A stretch of 64,000 nt of DNA from Vicinamibacteria bacterium (lineage in GTDB: Bacteria; Acidobacteriota; Vicinamibacteria; Marinacidobacterales; Marinacidobacteraceae): assembly GCA_963422395.1 (NCBI GenBank), contig OY729431.1:1600001-1664000 (forward strand). The letters are read 5' to 3'. Made by a program: the position numbers and the translations under genes. Of the stretch, positions 47,793-57,141 are shown in pieces (positions within the stretch are counted from its first letter, which is position 1; each line of letters opens with the position of its first letter). The notes below the pieces were generated by a model. That model was not told the DNA's origin and searched no databases. It saw only the letters and a program-made list of their open reading frames with translations.

Positions 47793-48961
47793 TGAGAGGA
47801 TCGCCGGTTCCGAGCGGCCGCGAGATCGAACAGCTGCCGCGCGGCCAACCCGGCAGCCAGTTCCAGCCCGGCATCGCCGGACCGCACCGCAAACCGGCGC
47901 CAGGGATCGATCGGAACCGGCTCGCCGGCGGAAAGCCCCGCGAACGCAGCTGCGACCCCGGGAAGAGCTGCCCGGCCGCCGCCGAGCCTCACCGGCAGGG
48001 GTGGTGAAAGGCCGGCTTCTCGGACGGCCTCCTCGGCAGCGGCAGCGATCCGCCGGACGAACACGCCGCCCGCCTCTCCCTCTTCGTCGTCCCACCCTGT
48101 CTGCCCGAGCACCGCCGCCGCCTGGACGCTCGCCAGCAGCTCCCCCGGAGCGTCAGGGCCATTAGCGTCAGTGCCATCAGCGTCAGGGCCCGGAGTGCCG
48201 GCGCCCGGAACGGAATCGGGATCGACCGCCGCGAAGTACGGCTCCGGGGGAGCGCCGAACACATGGACGCCGGCTCGGGAAGCTCCGATCTCCACGAGGA
48301 GGAAGGGCCCCGGCGGCTCGGAGACTTTGGAAGACACCGCCAGCCGTGCCGCGCTGAAGAGGGCGTAGGGTTCGAGATCCACCCGGGCTACTTCGAGGCC
48401 GCCCCGGACCGCCGCGTCGCAGTGTGCCCGAACCGTGCTCCGCGGCGCCGCGCCGAAAACCAGAAGGCCGTTCCCGCCTGCCGATGCGGACTCCGTCGCC
48501 CCGAACGCCGATACGGGCCCCGGACTTCGCTGGTAGTCGAACTCCAGGTCCTCGATGTGGAACGGCAGGTGGCGGGCGGCCTCCCGGCCGACCTCCTCCC
48601 GAAACGATTCGCCCGACCTCGGGTCCCTGGCGGGCGCAGGAAGCCGCTTGACGAACACCGAACTCCCACCGACGGCGAGCGCTGCGATTCGACAGCGGAT
48701 CCGGCGGCGCTGCAGCAGGCGCCGCAGCGCCGCCCCCGCACTTTCCGGATCATGCACCACTCCGTCCCGAACCACGCCGGGGCTGAGCGCCTCCTGGCCC
48801 GATGCCAGCAGAGAAAGTCTCTTTTGGTCCCAGCCGAGTGCTACTGCCTTGACCCCTGCGGAACCGAAATCCACTCCGAGGCCTTGGGGCGGCCGCTGCC
48901 AGCCGAGAGTGATGGGGAACACATCTCTACAGGGACGGAATTGCGACCGAAAAATTCCCAC
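47789..48961 (-). CDS. pilM: Type IV pilus assembly protein PilM, divergent C-terminal half
   Basis: GVDFGSAGVKAV, VFVKRL, HLPFHIEDLEFDY, VDLEPYAL, LGGGRA. Confidence 0.8.
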   Translation of the reverse strand: MGIFRSQFRPCRDVFPITLGWQRPPQGLGVDFGSAGVKAVALGWDQKRLSLLASGQEALSPGVVRDGVVHDPESAGAALRRLLQRRRIRCRIAALAVGGSSVFVKRLPAPARDPRSGESFREEVGREAARHLPFHIEDLEFDYQRSPGPVSAFGATESASAGGNGLLVFGAAPRSTVRAHCDAAVRGGLEVARVDLEPYALFSAARLAVSSKVSEPPGPFLLVEIGASRAGVHVFGAPPEPYFAAVDPDSVPGAGTPGPDADGTDANGPDAPGELLASVQAAAVLGQTGWDDEEGEAGGVFVRRIAAAAEEAVREAGLSPPLPVRLGGGRAALPGVAAAFAGLSAGEPVPIDPWRRFAVRSGDAGLELAAGLAARQLFDLAAARNRRSSQ

Positions 48962-49155
48962 TTGGGGAGCCTTTGTGGAAAAGTCATGTCAATAGGCTTG
49001 AAAACCCATGCCTTTCTTGGGAAATCAGCACCTGGAGTTCAATCCGGATGCCCTTCTCGGGCCTCCTCGTCGTCCCCGGGCCGCGGGGGTCCCCGAGCAG
49101 TCACATCCCTTTCCCTCCGGAGGATGGAGGAAGGGAAACGCGCTTCGGAGAGCGG

Positions 49156-50331
49156 TCAGTGGAGCCCGCAGCGGAACGGACGGTCGGCGAACGGAATCCG
49201 GATGCGCGAACCGGAACGGACGCGGACTCCGGCGGCCGCACTGGCGGAGATCGACTCCCAATAGCGGCTCGCCGCGATGTCGAGGCAGTCTGTCCGGCCG
49301 TGGCCGAAGTAATCGTCCCGCCCCACATCGATGAACGCTTCGGAGCGCGGCTCGCGTTCGACCCCCGCGTACATCACATCCTCGGGGGCGTCCTGGACAT
49401 GGGCGCCGCCCCCCTGGTTCGGGGCGCAGGAAGCGACCGCACCGAAGACATGGAACAGTTCGTGAACCATCACCCCTTCATAGGTGGATGCTTCCTCGGG
49501 GTCCATCCCCGGAGAACTGTTGCTGCATCCGTCGCGATGCACATACACGGCACCCACCTTGCCGTGGAGATTGGCGCTGCCGCAGACTCCGGCGGACCGT
49601 CCGGCGTAGTACACCGCGTAGATCTTGTTTTCCGCGATTCCGATGCTGCGCGCGATCTCCAGCTCGATCGATTGCACCAGCGAACCGCTCTGCCCGTCTC
49701 CCTCCTGGTGGGTGAAGGGCAGCCGGAGGAAGCTCACATCGAGTTCGCCCCCGTAGGTGTCGAGCAGCAGGCGCCGCCCGACCTCGTCGGCGAGCCAGTT
49801 CTGGATCGCCTCGAACGAAGTGGAGATATCGCCGTAGCGATCCAGGTTTCCGTCCTCCACATCGCTCGGGAGGGCGTACACCACATGGATCTGCGGACCG
49901 TCGAAATCGTCGGGCCGATCCTCGGTGAACCTGCGATTCGGCTCCTCCACCTCGAAAGAGAGCCTTTCCGTGAAACTTTCGAAGGAGGCGGTGATCTCCG
50001 TCTCACCCGCACCCATTCCGGTGACCGTCCCATCTGCGGCAACCGCAGCGACCGCGGGAGCGGAGGAAGACCAGGCGGCGGTCACCGTGCCGGTGGTGCC
50101 GTCGTCGTATAGCCCGTAAGCGATGAGCGGACCGACGACCTGCCCCACGCGGATCGCAGTCCGTTCCACGACGATTTCCAGTCCGGTGAGCTGACGCGGC
50201 GAGGCGGAGGGAGCCTGGGGAACGACTGGAACGCCCCCATCGCTGCCGCCGCCGCACGAAAACGCGAGGAGCGCGCCGGCGAATGCCGCAGCCGCTGGCG
50301 ACCCCGGGGGCCTTCTGCATCTCCCGAACAT
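49156..50331 (-). CDS. Lipoprotein with an Ig-like (Big_2) domain and a HExxH zinc metalloprotease-like domain
   Basis: Lipobox LAFSC; WSSSAPAVAAVAADGTVTG...GETEITA; HELFHVFG...H...DVMY. Confidence 0.75.
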   Translation of the reverse strand: MFGRCRRPPGSPAAAAFAGALLAFSCGGGSDGGVPVVPQAPSASPRQLTGLEIVVERTAIRVGQVVGPLIAYGLYDDGTTGTVTAAWSSSAPAVAAVAADGTVTGMGAGETEITASFESFTERLSFEVEEPNRRFTEDRPDDFDGPQIHVVYALPSDVEDGNLDRYGDISTSFEAIQNWLADEVGRRLLLDTYGGELDVSFLRLPFTHQEGDGQSGSLVQSIELEIARSIGIAENKIYAVYYAGRSAGVCGSANLHGKVGAVYVHRDGCSNSSPGMDPEEASTYEGVMVHELFHVFGAVASCAPNQGGGAHVQDAPEDVMYAGVEREPRSEAFIDVGRDDYFGHGRTDCLDIAASRYWESISASAAAGVRVRSGSRIRIPFADRPFRCGLH

Positions 50332-50347
50332 GGTGCCGCTCAGGATC

Positions 50348-50953
50348 CTACCAACCCCCTCGCTGATCCTCCCGCCCGCCGCCGGGCGGCCTGCAGCGCC
50401 GGAAGCAGCGAAGAACATGATCGTTCACGATTCCGGTCGCCTGCATGTGCGCGTAGAGGATCGTGCTGCCCACGAAACGAAAACCCCGAGTCTTCAAGTC
50501 CCCGGCGATCGCCTCGGACTCCTCGGTGCTCGCCGGAACCTGATCGTCTCGCTCCCAGCGGTTGCTCCGCGGCGCATCCCCGACGAAATTCCGAAGGTAG
50601 GCCCAGAAACTGCCGAATTCACTCCCGACCTCGAGAAAGCATTTCGCGTTGTTCACCGCGGCCTCCACCTTGGCGCGATTGCGGACGATCGCCGGATCGC
50701 GGCACAGGCGCTCGATGTCGGATGCCCCGAACCGGGCTACCCGGCGGGGATCGAACTCGGCGAAGGCCCGGCGGTAGCCCGCCCGGCGTTTCAGGATGGT
50801 GGCCCAACGGAGTCCGGCCTGCGCCGATTCGAGGATCAGGAACTCGAACTGCACGCGGTCCTCCCGCGCCGGAACCCCCCACTCTTCGTCGTGGTAGCGG
50901 ATGTACTCGGGGAAGGTCCCCTCAGCCCAGCGGCACCGGGGCGGCTCGCTCAC
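50348..50953 (-). CDS. tag: DNA-3-methyladenine glycosylase I
   Basis: RCRWA, YHDEEWG, LESAQAGL, IVRNRAK, GIVNDH...C. Confidence 0.95.
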   Translation of the reverse strand: MSEPPRCRWAEGTFPEYIRYHDEEWGVPAREDRVQFEFLILESAQAGLRWATILKRRAGYRRAFAEFDPRRVARFGASDIERLCRDPAIVRNRAKVEAAVNNAKCFLEVGSEFGSFWAYLRNFVGDAPRSNRWERDDQVPASTEESEAIAGDLKTRGFRFVGSTILYAHMQATGIVNDHVLRCFRRCRPPGGGREDQRGGW

Positions 50954-51534
50954 CCGTCGGTATCGGCGCCGGTCTCGTAGCCGCGGATCTCCGCCTCGCG
51001 GGAGAGCAGGAAATCGAGCGGCCCGACTCCCGTGACGAGGCAGCGGCGGTCGAAAGGATCGAGTCGGAAGCGGGTGATGCCGCCCCCCGGCAGGCGCACC
51101 GTTCCGGCGGGCACATCGATCACCGTCTCTTCCCCGGGCGCGACGGCGAACGCCTCGTAAGCCGCTGTCTCGAGCTCCACCGGGACGAGACCGTTGCGCA
51201 CCGAGTTGCCCTTGAAGATATCCGCGAGAGACGAGCTCAGCACCGCAGCGAAACCAGCGTCGCGGAGCGCCCACACGGCGTGTTCGCGGGAAGAGCCGCA
51301 ACCGAAATTGGCCCCCGCCACCAGGATCCGGGCGCCCCCTGCTTCCGGCCGGTTCAGCGGGAAGTCCGGACGCAGTGTTCCGGAAACATCGCGGCGCCAA
51401 TCGGCGAACAGGCCGGCTCCGAGTCCGCCGCGCCGGGTCCCGGTCAGAAACCGCGCCGGGATGATCTGGTCGGTGTCCACATTCTCGACGGCAAGCACGA
51501 CGGTGCGGGAGACGATGCGCCGCACCGGTTCCAT
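50950..51534 (-). CDS. leuD: 3-isopropylmalate dehydratase small subunit
   Basis: NVDTDQIIPARFL, NFGCGSSREHA. Confidence 0.96.
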   Translation of the reverse strand: MEPVRRIVSRTVVLAVENVDTDQIIPARFLTGTRRGGLGAGLFADWRRDVSGTLRPDFPLNRPEAGGARILVAGANFGCGSSREHAVWALRDAGFAAVLSSSLADIFKGNSVRNGLVPVELETAAYEAFAVAPGEETVIDVPAGTVRLPGGGITRFRLDPFDRRCLVTGVGPLDFLLSREAEIRGYETGADTDG

Positions 51535-51544
51535 ATCGGCTTCC

Positions 51545-52945
51545 TCAGGGGGCGAGAAGCGGACGCGGGTCGGCGACCACTCCCGCGATAGCGGCGGCGG
51601 CGGCGGTCACCGGCGAGGCCAGCACCGTCCGCCCGCCCGGGCCTTGGCGGCCCTCGAAGTTCCGATTCGAGGTCGAAACCGCGAGCTCCGTCGGCGACAA
51701 CCGATCTCCGTTCATCGCGATACACATCGAACAGCCCGGTTCCCTCCATTCGGCACCGGCGCTGCGAAAGACCTCGTCGAGCCCTTCCGCCTGCGCCTGG
51801 GCGCGGACGGCCGCCGAGCCCGGAACGACCAGCATTCGCGTATCCGGATGGGTTCGGCGGCCGCGCATCAGGGCGGCGGCGGCTCGCAGATCGGAGATTC
51901 GGGCGTTCGTGCAGCTCCCCAGGAACACCACATCCACCGAGCGGCCGAGGAGCGGGCGGCCCGGCTCGATCCCCATGTATTCGAGCGCGGCCCGCTCTTC
52001 CGCATGGCTCGGTTCGGGCACTGCCTCCGAGACTCCGCAGGACATCGCCGGGCTCGTTCCCCAGGTCACCATCGGTGACAGCGTCCCGGCGTCGAACTCG
52101 AGGGCGCGTTCGAACTCGGCTCCCTCATCGCCCGCGAGACGGCGCCAACGCGCGGCGGCGTCGGCGAATGCTCGCCCCGAGGGAACCTGCTCCCTGCCCT
52201 CCAGATACTCGAAGGTCGTCTCGTCGGGCGCGACCAGGCCCGCACGGGCGCCGGCCTCGATGGACATGTTGCAAAGGGTCATCCGCGCTTCCATGTCGAG
52301 GCTGCGGACCACGGAGCCCCGATATTCGATCACCAGTCCGCGCCCGACATCCACGCCGAAGCGTCGGATCACCCCGAGGATCAGGTCCTTCGCCGAGACC
52401 CCGGGGCCGAGCCGGCCCCGGATCTCGATCCCGAGGGTTCCGGGCCGCCGTTGCAGCAGGCACTGCGTCGCCAGGACCTGGGCTACCTCGGTGGTTCCGA
52501 TACCGAACGCCCAGGCCCCGAAGGCACCGTGGGTGCTGGTGTGGCTGTCGCCGCAGACGATGATGCGCCCCGGCTGGGTGAGGCCGAGTTCCGGCCCGAT
52601 CACATGGACGATGCCCTGCCCCGGATCTCCCATTCGGAAGAGTGGAATTCCATGTTCCTCGCAGTTGCGTTCGAGCGCGGCGACCTGGTCGCGGGCGGCT
52701 TGGTCCACATAGGCGGGCCTGCCCCCCACGAAACGCGTCGGGATGGAATGGTCCACGGTCGCCCAGGTGCGGTCGGGCCGCCGCACTCCGAGCCCCCGCT
52801 CCCGGAGCAGATCGAACGCCTGCGGCGAGGTGACTTCGTGGATCAGATGCGTGTCCACATAGAGGACCGCCGGGTGATCGGCGCCAGCTTCGCACACCAC
52901 ATGGGCGTCCCAGATCTTGTCGAACAGTGTGCGCGGAGCCGTCAT
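51545..52945 (-). CDS. leuC: 3-isopropylmalate dehydratase large subunit
   Basis: [38 protein letters not shown]. Confidence 0.97.
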   Translation of the reverse strand: MTAPRTLFDKIWDAHVVCEAGADHPAVLYVDTHLIHEVTSPQAFDLLRERGLGVRRPDRTWATVDHSIPTRFVGGRPAYVDQAARDQVAALERNCEEHGIPLFRMGDPGQGIVHVIGPELGLTQPGRIIVCGDSHTSTHGAFGAWAFGIGTTEVAQVLATQCLLQRRPGTLGIEIRGRLGPGVSAKDLILGVIRRFGVDVGRGLVIEYRGSVVRSLDMEARMTLCNMSIEAGARAGLVAPDETTFEYLEGREQVPSGRAFADAAARWRRLAGDEGAEFERALEFDAGTLSPMVTWGTSPAMSCGVSEAVPEPSHAEERAALEYMGIEPGRPLLGRSVDVVFLGSCTNARISDLRAAAALMRGRRTHPDTRMLVVPGSAAVRAQAQAEGLDEVFRSAGAEWREPGCSMCIAMNGDRLSPTELAVSTSNRNFEGRQGPGGRTVLASPVTAAAAAIAGVVADPRPLLAP

Positions 52946-53514
52946 GAAGGGTCTGACGCCCCCCGGCGCGAACGGATCCGGGCGAGGTTCTCGGCCTCGC
53001 GGACGCGCCAGCGCCGTTCGGCTTCCGCCTGCGCCGCCACCAGCACCAGGCCGGTGAAGACCCCGATGCGAGGGAGGCCGTTCCAGCCGCCCTCCGGGTC
53101 GATCTCCCCGAGGCTCTCCGCCAGTTTCCCCGGATCGCGCTCTTCCCGAATCGCCTCCAGCGCCTCGTCGGAGAGCGCCGCGAGCGGAGACCCGTCCCGC
53201 GCGATGCCGAGGAGGCGGCTGCCGGCCTCGCCCAGTGCGGCCTGTTCCGATTCGGTGAGCAGCGGCTCGCCCCGCCGCCGGGCGCGCGCTTCCTCGCGTT
53301 CCAAGAGCAGCTTGCGCGCCGCGGTTCGATACGCAGCGAGCGAGTGCCGCTTGCCTACCTGCGGACCCAACACTCCCGTGAGTCCCTCGGAGGCATCAAG
53401 CCGAGAGACCTGCTCGATCACCTTGAGGGGGCGTTTTTCGAGAGAAGCCCGGGCGCTCGGGATCAGCTTCGCGGCCTTCTTCGGGATCAGCTTCGAGATC
53501 TTCTTCGGGGGCAA
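52942..53514 (-). CDS. Hypothetical protein between leuA and leuC
   Basis: 190 aa ORF that fills the gap; its stop overlaps the leuC ATG (ATGA); no family recognised. Confidence 0.65.
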   Translation of the reverse strand: MPPKKISKLIPKKAAKLIPSARASLEKRPLKVIEQVSRLDASEGLTGVLGPQVGKRHSLAAYRTAARKLLLEREEARARRRGEPLLTESEQAALGEAGSRLLGIARDGSPLAALSDEALEAIREERDPGKLAESLGEIDPEGGWNGLPRIGVFTGLVLVAAQAEAERRWRVREAENLARIRSRRGASDPS

Positions 53515-53574
53515 GGGCGCGGGAGCCTAACCGACTCCCGCATTCGCCACCCCCATCGAAACGAACGGTGCGCT

Positions 53575-54732
53575 TCAGCCCATGATCGCGATGAGATCGG
53601 CGTCGCCGATCTCCCTCCGCCGATCGGCGAGGCGCTTGAAGTCACGGAAGATGTCACCCATCTCGCTTTCGGTGGGCTCGAACCCGAGTTCGCGGAGCCG
53701 CGCGCGGAGCGCATGCCGGCCGCTGTGCTTGCCGAGCACCAGCACATTTCCGGGCGCTCCGACATCGTGGGGATGCATGATCTCGTAGGTGGCGCGGTGG
53801 CGCAGAACCCCGTGTTGATGGATCCCCGCCTCGTGGGCGAAGGCGTTTCGTCCCACGATCGCCTTGTTCCGCTGCACTGCCATTCCGGTGATCTCCGAGA
53901 GGAGCCGGCTCGCGGCGCAAATCTCCCGAGTATCGATTCCGGTTCGGACGGGATACAGATCGTGGCGGACGCGGAGGCCCATCACCACTTCTTCCAGCGA
54001 TGCGTTCCCGGCGCGTTCCCCGATGCCGTTCACCGTGCACTCGACCTGGCGTGCACCCGCGAGCACCGCCGCCAGGCTGTTCGCTACCGCCATTCCGAGG
54101 TCGTTGTGACAATGGACGCTGATCACCGCTCTCTCGATCCCCGAAACGGTGCGCCGCAGGTGACCGATCAGAGCTTGGAACTCATCCGGCATCGTGTAGC
54201 CGACCGTGTCGGGGATGTTGATCGTCGAAGCCCCCGCCTCGATCGCGCACTCCACGACTTCGGCGAGAAAGTCCGGCTCCGTGCGGGAACCGTCCTCGGG
54301 TGAGAACTCCACATCCTCGGTCAGCTCACGCGCCCGCGACACCGATTCGGCGGTCCGGCGGACGATCTCCCGTTTCGCCATGCGCAGCTTGAATTCACGG
54401 TGGAGAGCACTCGTCGCGAGGAAGACATGGATCCGGGGTCGGGGGGAATCCCGAAGAGCCTCCCAGGCAGCTTCGATATCCCCGGGCACGCAGCGCGCGA
54501 GCGCCGCGATCCGCGGCCCCTCGATCTCCCGAGCGATAGCGTGGACCGCCTCATGGTCTCCTTCCGAGACTGCCGGGAAACCCGCCTCGAGGACATCGAC
54601 CTGAAGGCACGCGAGCTGGCGAGCCATCCGCAGCTTGCCTTCGAGGCCCATGCTGCAGCCGGGCGACTGTTCGCCGTCTCGAAGCGTCGTGTCGAATATT
54701 CGGACGCGATCCGCTACCGGGATGGATGTCAT
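53575..54732 (-). CDS. leuA: 2-isopropylmalate synthase, short form without the C-terminal regulatory domain
   Basis: FDTTLRDGEQ, HCHNDLG, GIGERAGN, HEAGIHQHG, LGKHSGR; ends at 385 aa. Confidence 0.92.
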   Translation of the reverse strand: MTSIPVADRVRIFDTTLRDGEQSPGCSMGLEGKLRMARQLACLQVDVLEAGFPAVSEGDHEAVHAIAREIEGPRIAALARCVPGDIEAAWEALRDSPRPRIHVFLATSALHREFKLRMAKREIVRRTAESVSRARELTEDVEFSPEDGSRTEPDFLAEVVECAIEAGASTINIPDTVGYTMPDEFQALIGHLRRTVSGIERAVISVHCHNDLGMAVANSLAAVLAGARQVECTVNGIGERAGNASLEEVVMGLRVRHDLYPVRTGIDTREICAASRLLSEITGMAVQRNKAIVGRNAFAHEAGIHQHGVLRHRATYEIMHPHDVGAPGNVLVLGKHSGRHALRARLRELGFEPTESEMGDIFRDFKRLADRRREIGDADLIAIMG

Positions 54733-54805
54733 GGCGAGTGGCTCCAGGGGAACGCCGCCGCCGTGCCGGGCCACGCCGCGCCGGCGAGGAGCCCCCCGAC
54801 CGCGA

Positions 54806-54834
54806 AACCTAGACACCACCTCCGCCGGTGTCAA
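54806..54834 (-). promoter_or_regulatory. Sigma70-type promoter of the leu operon
   Basis: TTGACA-17 nt-TAGGTT, with a GACACC/GGTGTC inverted repeat across the spacer and -35. Confidence 0.7.
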
Positions 54835-54874
54835 AGAACGGGAACCACGCTGCAGGCGCGCTCCGGAGCCGATC

Positions 54875-55840
54875 TCAGTCGAAGAGCGCGGTCCAATCCA
54901 TCACGATGGGCTCGGGGGTGAAACAGACCACCAGGGTGGCGAAACCAGCCCAGGCCATGAGGGTTCGCCCCGATCCGAGCGGTGACGCATCGTCGAGAGT
55001 GGGGGGATGGGAACGGCGAGCCCCGAGAACGAAACAGAGGACTCCCCACACCAACCAGGTCGGGGACCAGAGCGCGAGCGGAAACATCATGAGATGGACG
55101 ACGCGGGAGACGCGCTGCGCCCGACCCTGCAAGAGGGCATAGAGCGCATGGCCGCCGTCGAGCTGCCCCATCGGGAGCAGGTTGATCGCAGTGAGCAACA
55201 AGCCGAACCAACCGGCGAGCCCCATCGGACTCAGGTACAGGAGTTGCCCTTCGGGAACCACGGGACCGAACATCCAGGCGAAGAAACGGAACGCGAGCGG
55301 CTCTCCGAACTGAATCCCGCCCGCTGCCGCGGGGCCGGCTTCGGAAGCAGCGATTCCGACGGCCAGCACCGGGATGCAGACCAAGAAACCGGCGAATGGC
55401 CCCGCCAGGCCGACATCCATCAATGCCTGCCGGTTCGGAAACGGCGAGCGGATACGGATGAACGCGCCGAGCGTCCCGACCATGGTGAACGGCATCGGGA
55501 GGAAGTACGGCAGGCTGGCGTCCACGCGATAGGCGCGGGCGGTGAGCCAGTGCCCCATCTCGTGACAGAGCAGGATCGCGAGGAGCGAGAACGAGTACGG
55601 GATCCCGTGCCGGATCCAGGTGCCGATCCATTCGAACCGAGAGAGCTCGGCCCCCGCCTCTCCGAAGAGATCGGGGGATCGGGCCGCGATTCCGAGCACC
55701 CCGCCCACCCAGAGAGTGGTTCCCAAAGTGGCAGCGAAGAGCGCGGCGGGCAGTAGCAGCGCCGGTCGCCGCGCCCTCACCGGCGGCGGGGACCACCCGT
55801 CCGGAGCATCGGCCGGAAGGAGTTCCGGCTCGGGGGTCAT
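54875..55840 (-). CDS. Site-2 (M50) membrane metalloprotease
   Basis: HEMGH, AGPFAG, NLLPMGQLDGGH. Confidence 0.92.
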   Translation of the reverse strand: MTPEPELLPADAPDGWSPPPVRARRPALLLPAALFAATLGTTLWVGGVLGIAARSPDLFGEAGAELSRFEWIGTWIRHGIPYSFSLLAILLCHEMGHWLTARAYRVDASLPYFLPMPFTMVGTLGAFIRIRSPFPNRQALMDVGLAGPFAGFLVCIPVLAVGIAASEAGPAAAGGIQFGEPLAFRFFAWMFGPVVPEGQLLYLSPMGLAGWFGLLLTAINLLPMGQLDGGHALYALLQGRAQRVSRVVHLMMFPLALWSPTWLVWGVLCFVLGARRSHPPTLDDASPLGSGRTLMAWAGFATLVVCFTPEPIVMDWTALFD

Positions 55841-57141
55841 CGATCCGGGTAGAGGAGGTGGGGACGCCTCTCGGCGAGGAAGCGCTGCACCGCCGGCTCC
55901 TCGGCCTCCATCAGCTCGGCGACCCGGACCCCGGCCTCGATTCCGCGCCGGATCCGATCGGTCCCGAGGAGCAGGTCGAGCCAGAAGCGGCCGTCGCTCC
56001 GGCGCCAGCCGAATTCGTTCGGGTGGGCCGCCCGCACCGCCTCGATGGCGGTGAGACCGGCCCGCACTGGACGGAGCGCATCCAGATCGGTGACCACCAC
56101 CTGCAGTCCGACAGCCGTTTCTCCGGCGAACAGGGGATTCTGCGCCGCCGGAATCGGGCGCGGGGTGAATCGGGCTGCCATCACCCGGAGCCCCGGGATC
56201 GCGCCGGATTCCGACAATCGGGCGAGCCAGGCTTCGGAATCCACCCAGGGGGCGCCGACGACCTCGAACGGGGTCCGGGTGCCCCGCCCCTCGGAGAGCA
56301 ACACTCCCTCGAAGAGGCCGAACCCCGGATAGACGAGCGCAGTGTGCAGTGTCGGGATGTTGGGCGACGGCGGACGCCAGGGAAGGCCGGTCTCTTCCCA
56401 GCGGGCGCCGCGCCGCAGATTCGCGACCTCCACCACCCGGACCGCGGCGCCTTCGCGGGCTGCGTAGAGGCGCGCCAGTTCCCCGACCGTCATCCCGTGC
56501 AACAACGGCAGACGATCCGGCCCGACGAAGGAACGAAAGCGGGGATCGAGCATCGGCCCTTCCACTCGATCCCCTCCGTTCGGATTCGGGCGGTCGAGAA
56601 CCCAGAACTCGATCCCGGCCTGCGCCGCCGCCACCAGAGCGTTGCGGAGCGTCGAGATATAGGTGTAGAAGCGCACTCCGATGTCCTGGATGTCGAAGAC
56701 CAGCGCGTCGAGCCCGGCGAGCGCCCCCGCCCTCGGGGCCCGATCGGCTCCGTAGAGGCTCACCACCGGGAGGCCGGTCTCGGGATCGGTTCCCGAAGCC
56801 ACCGCCTCTCCGGCGGCCACTCCGCCGGAAATGCCGTGCTCGGGGCTGAAGAGCACCTGCACCTCGACTCCCGCCTCGGCGAGCGCCGCCGCCGCCGGGC
56901 GGCCGTCTCGAGTGCGGCCGGTGTGGTTCGTGAGGAGTCCTACCCGCTTCCCGGCGAGGTCTCCGGCTCCATCGGTGACGATGCGGTCGAGACCGGGCAG
57001 GACCTCACCGGAACCGAGCCGATCTGCGGGACCGCCGCACGAAAAGAGGGCCAGCGCTGCCGCCGCCGGCGCCCAACGCGCCGCACACCGCCGCGGGGCG
57101 AAAGCCGGCCTCCGGCAGCGGCGATCAGGGGATGTCGTCAG
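55837..57141 (-). CDS. namZ: Exo-beta-N-acetylmuramidase NamZ (DUF1343) lipoprotein; start codon non-canonical or uncertain
   Basis: RVGLLTNHTG, LFSPEHG, FDIQDIGVRFYTY, DRPNP, SEGRGT. The open frame extends past 56862 to a LFSC lipobox. Confidence 0.85.
   Translation of the reverse strand: MTTSPDRRCRRPAFAPRRCAARWAPAAAALALFSCGGPADRLGSGEVLPGLDRIVTDGAGDLAGKRVGLLTNHTGRTRDGRPAAAALAEAGVEVQVLFSPEHGISGGVAAGEAVASGTDPETGLPVVSLYGADRAPRAGALAGLDALVFDIQDIGVRFYTYISTLRNALVAAAQAGIEFWVLDRPNPNGGDRVEGPMLDPRFRSFVGPDRLPLLHGMTVGELARLYAAREGAAVRVVEVANLRRGARWEETGLPWRPPSPNIPTLHTALVYPGFGLFEGVLLSEGRGTRTPFEVVGAPWVDSEAWLARLSESGAIPGLRVMAARFTPRPIPAAQNPLFAGETAVGLQVVVTDLDALRPVRAGLTAIEAVRAAHPNEFGWRRSDGRFWLDLLLGTDRIRRGIEAGVRVAELMEAEEPAVQRFLAERRPHLLYPDR

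Noticed and set aside
48962-49155. Replication origin in the AT-rich gap upstream of pilM
   Set aside because: Only one DnaA-box-like 9-mer (TTTTCCACA, 48974-48982) is present, with no box cluster or dnaA nearby; it is more likely the pil promoter region.
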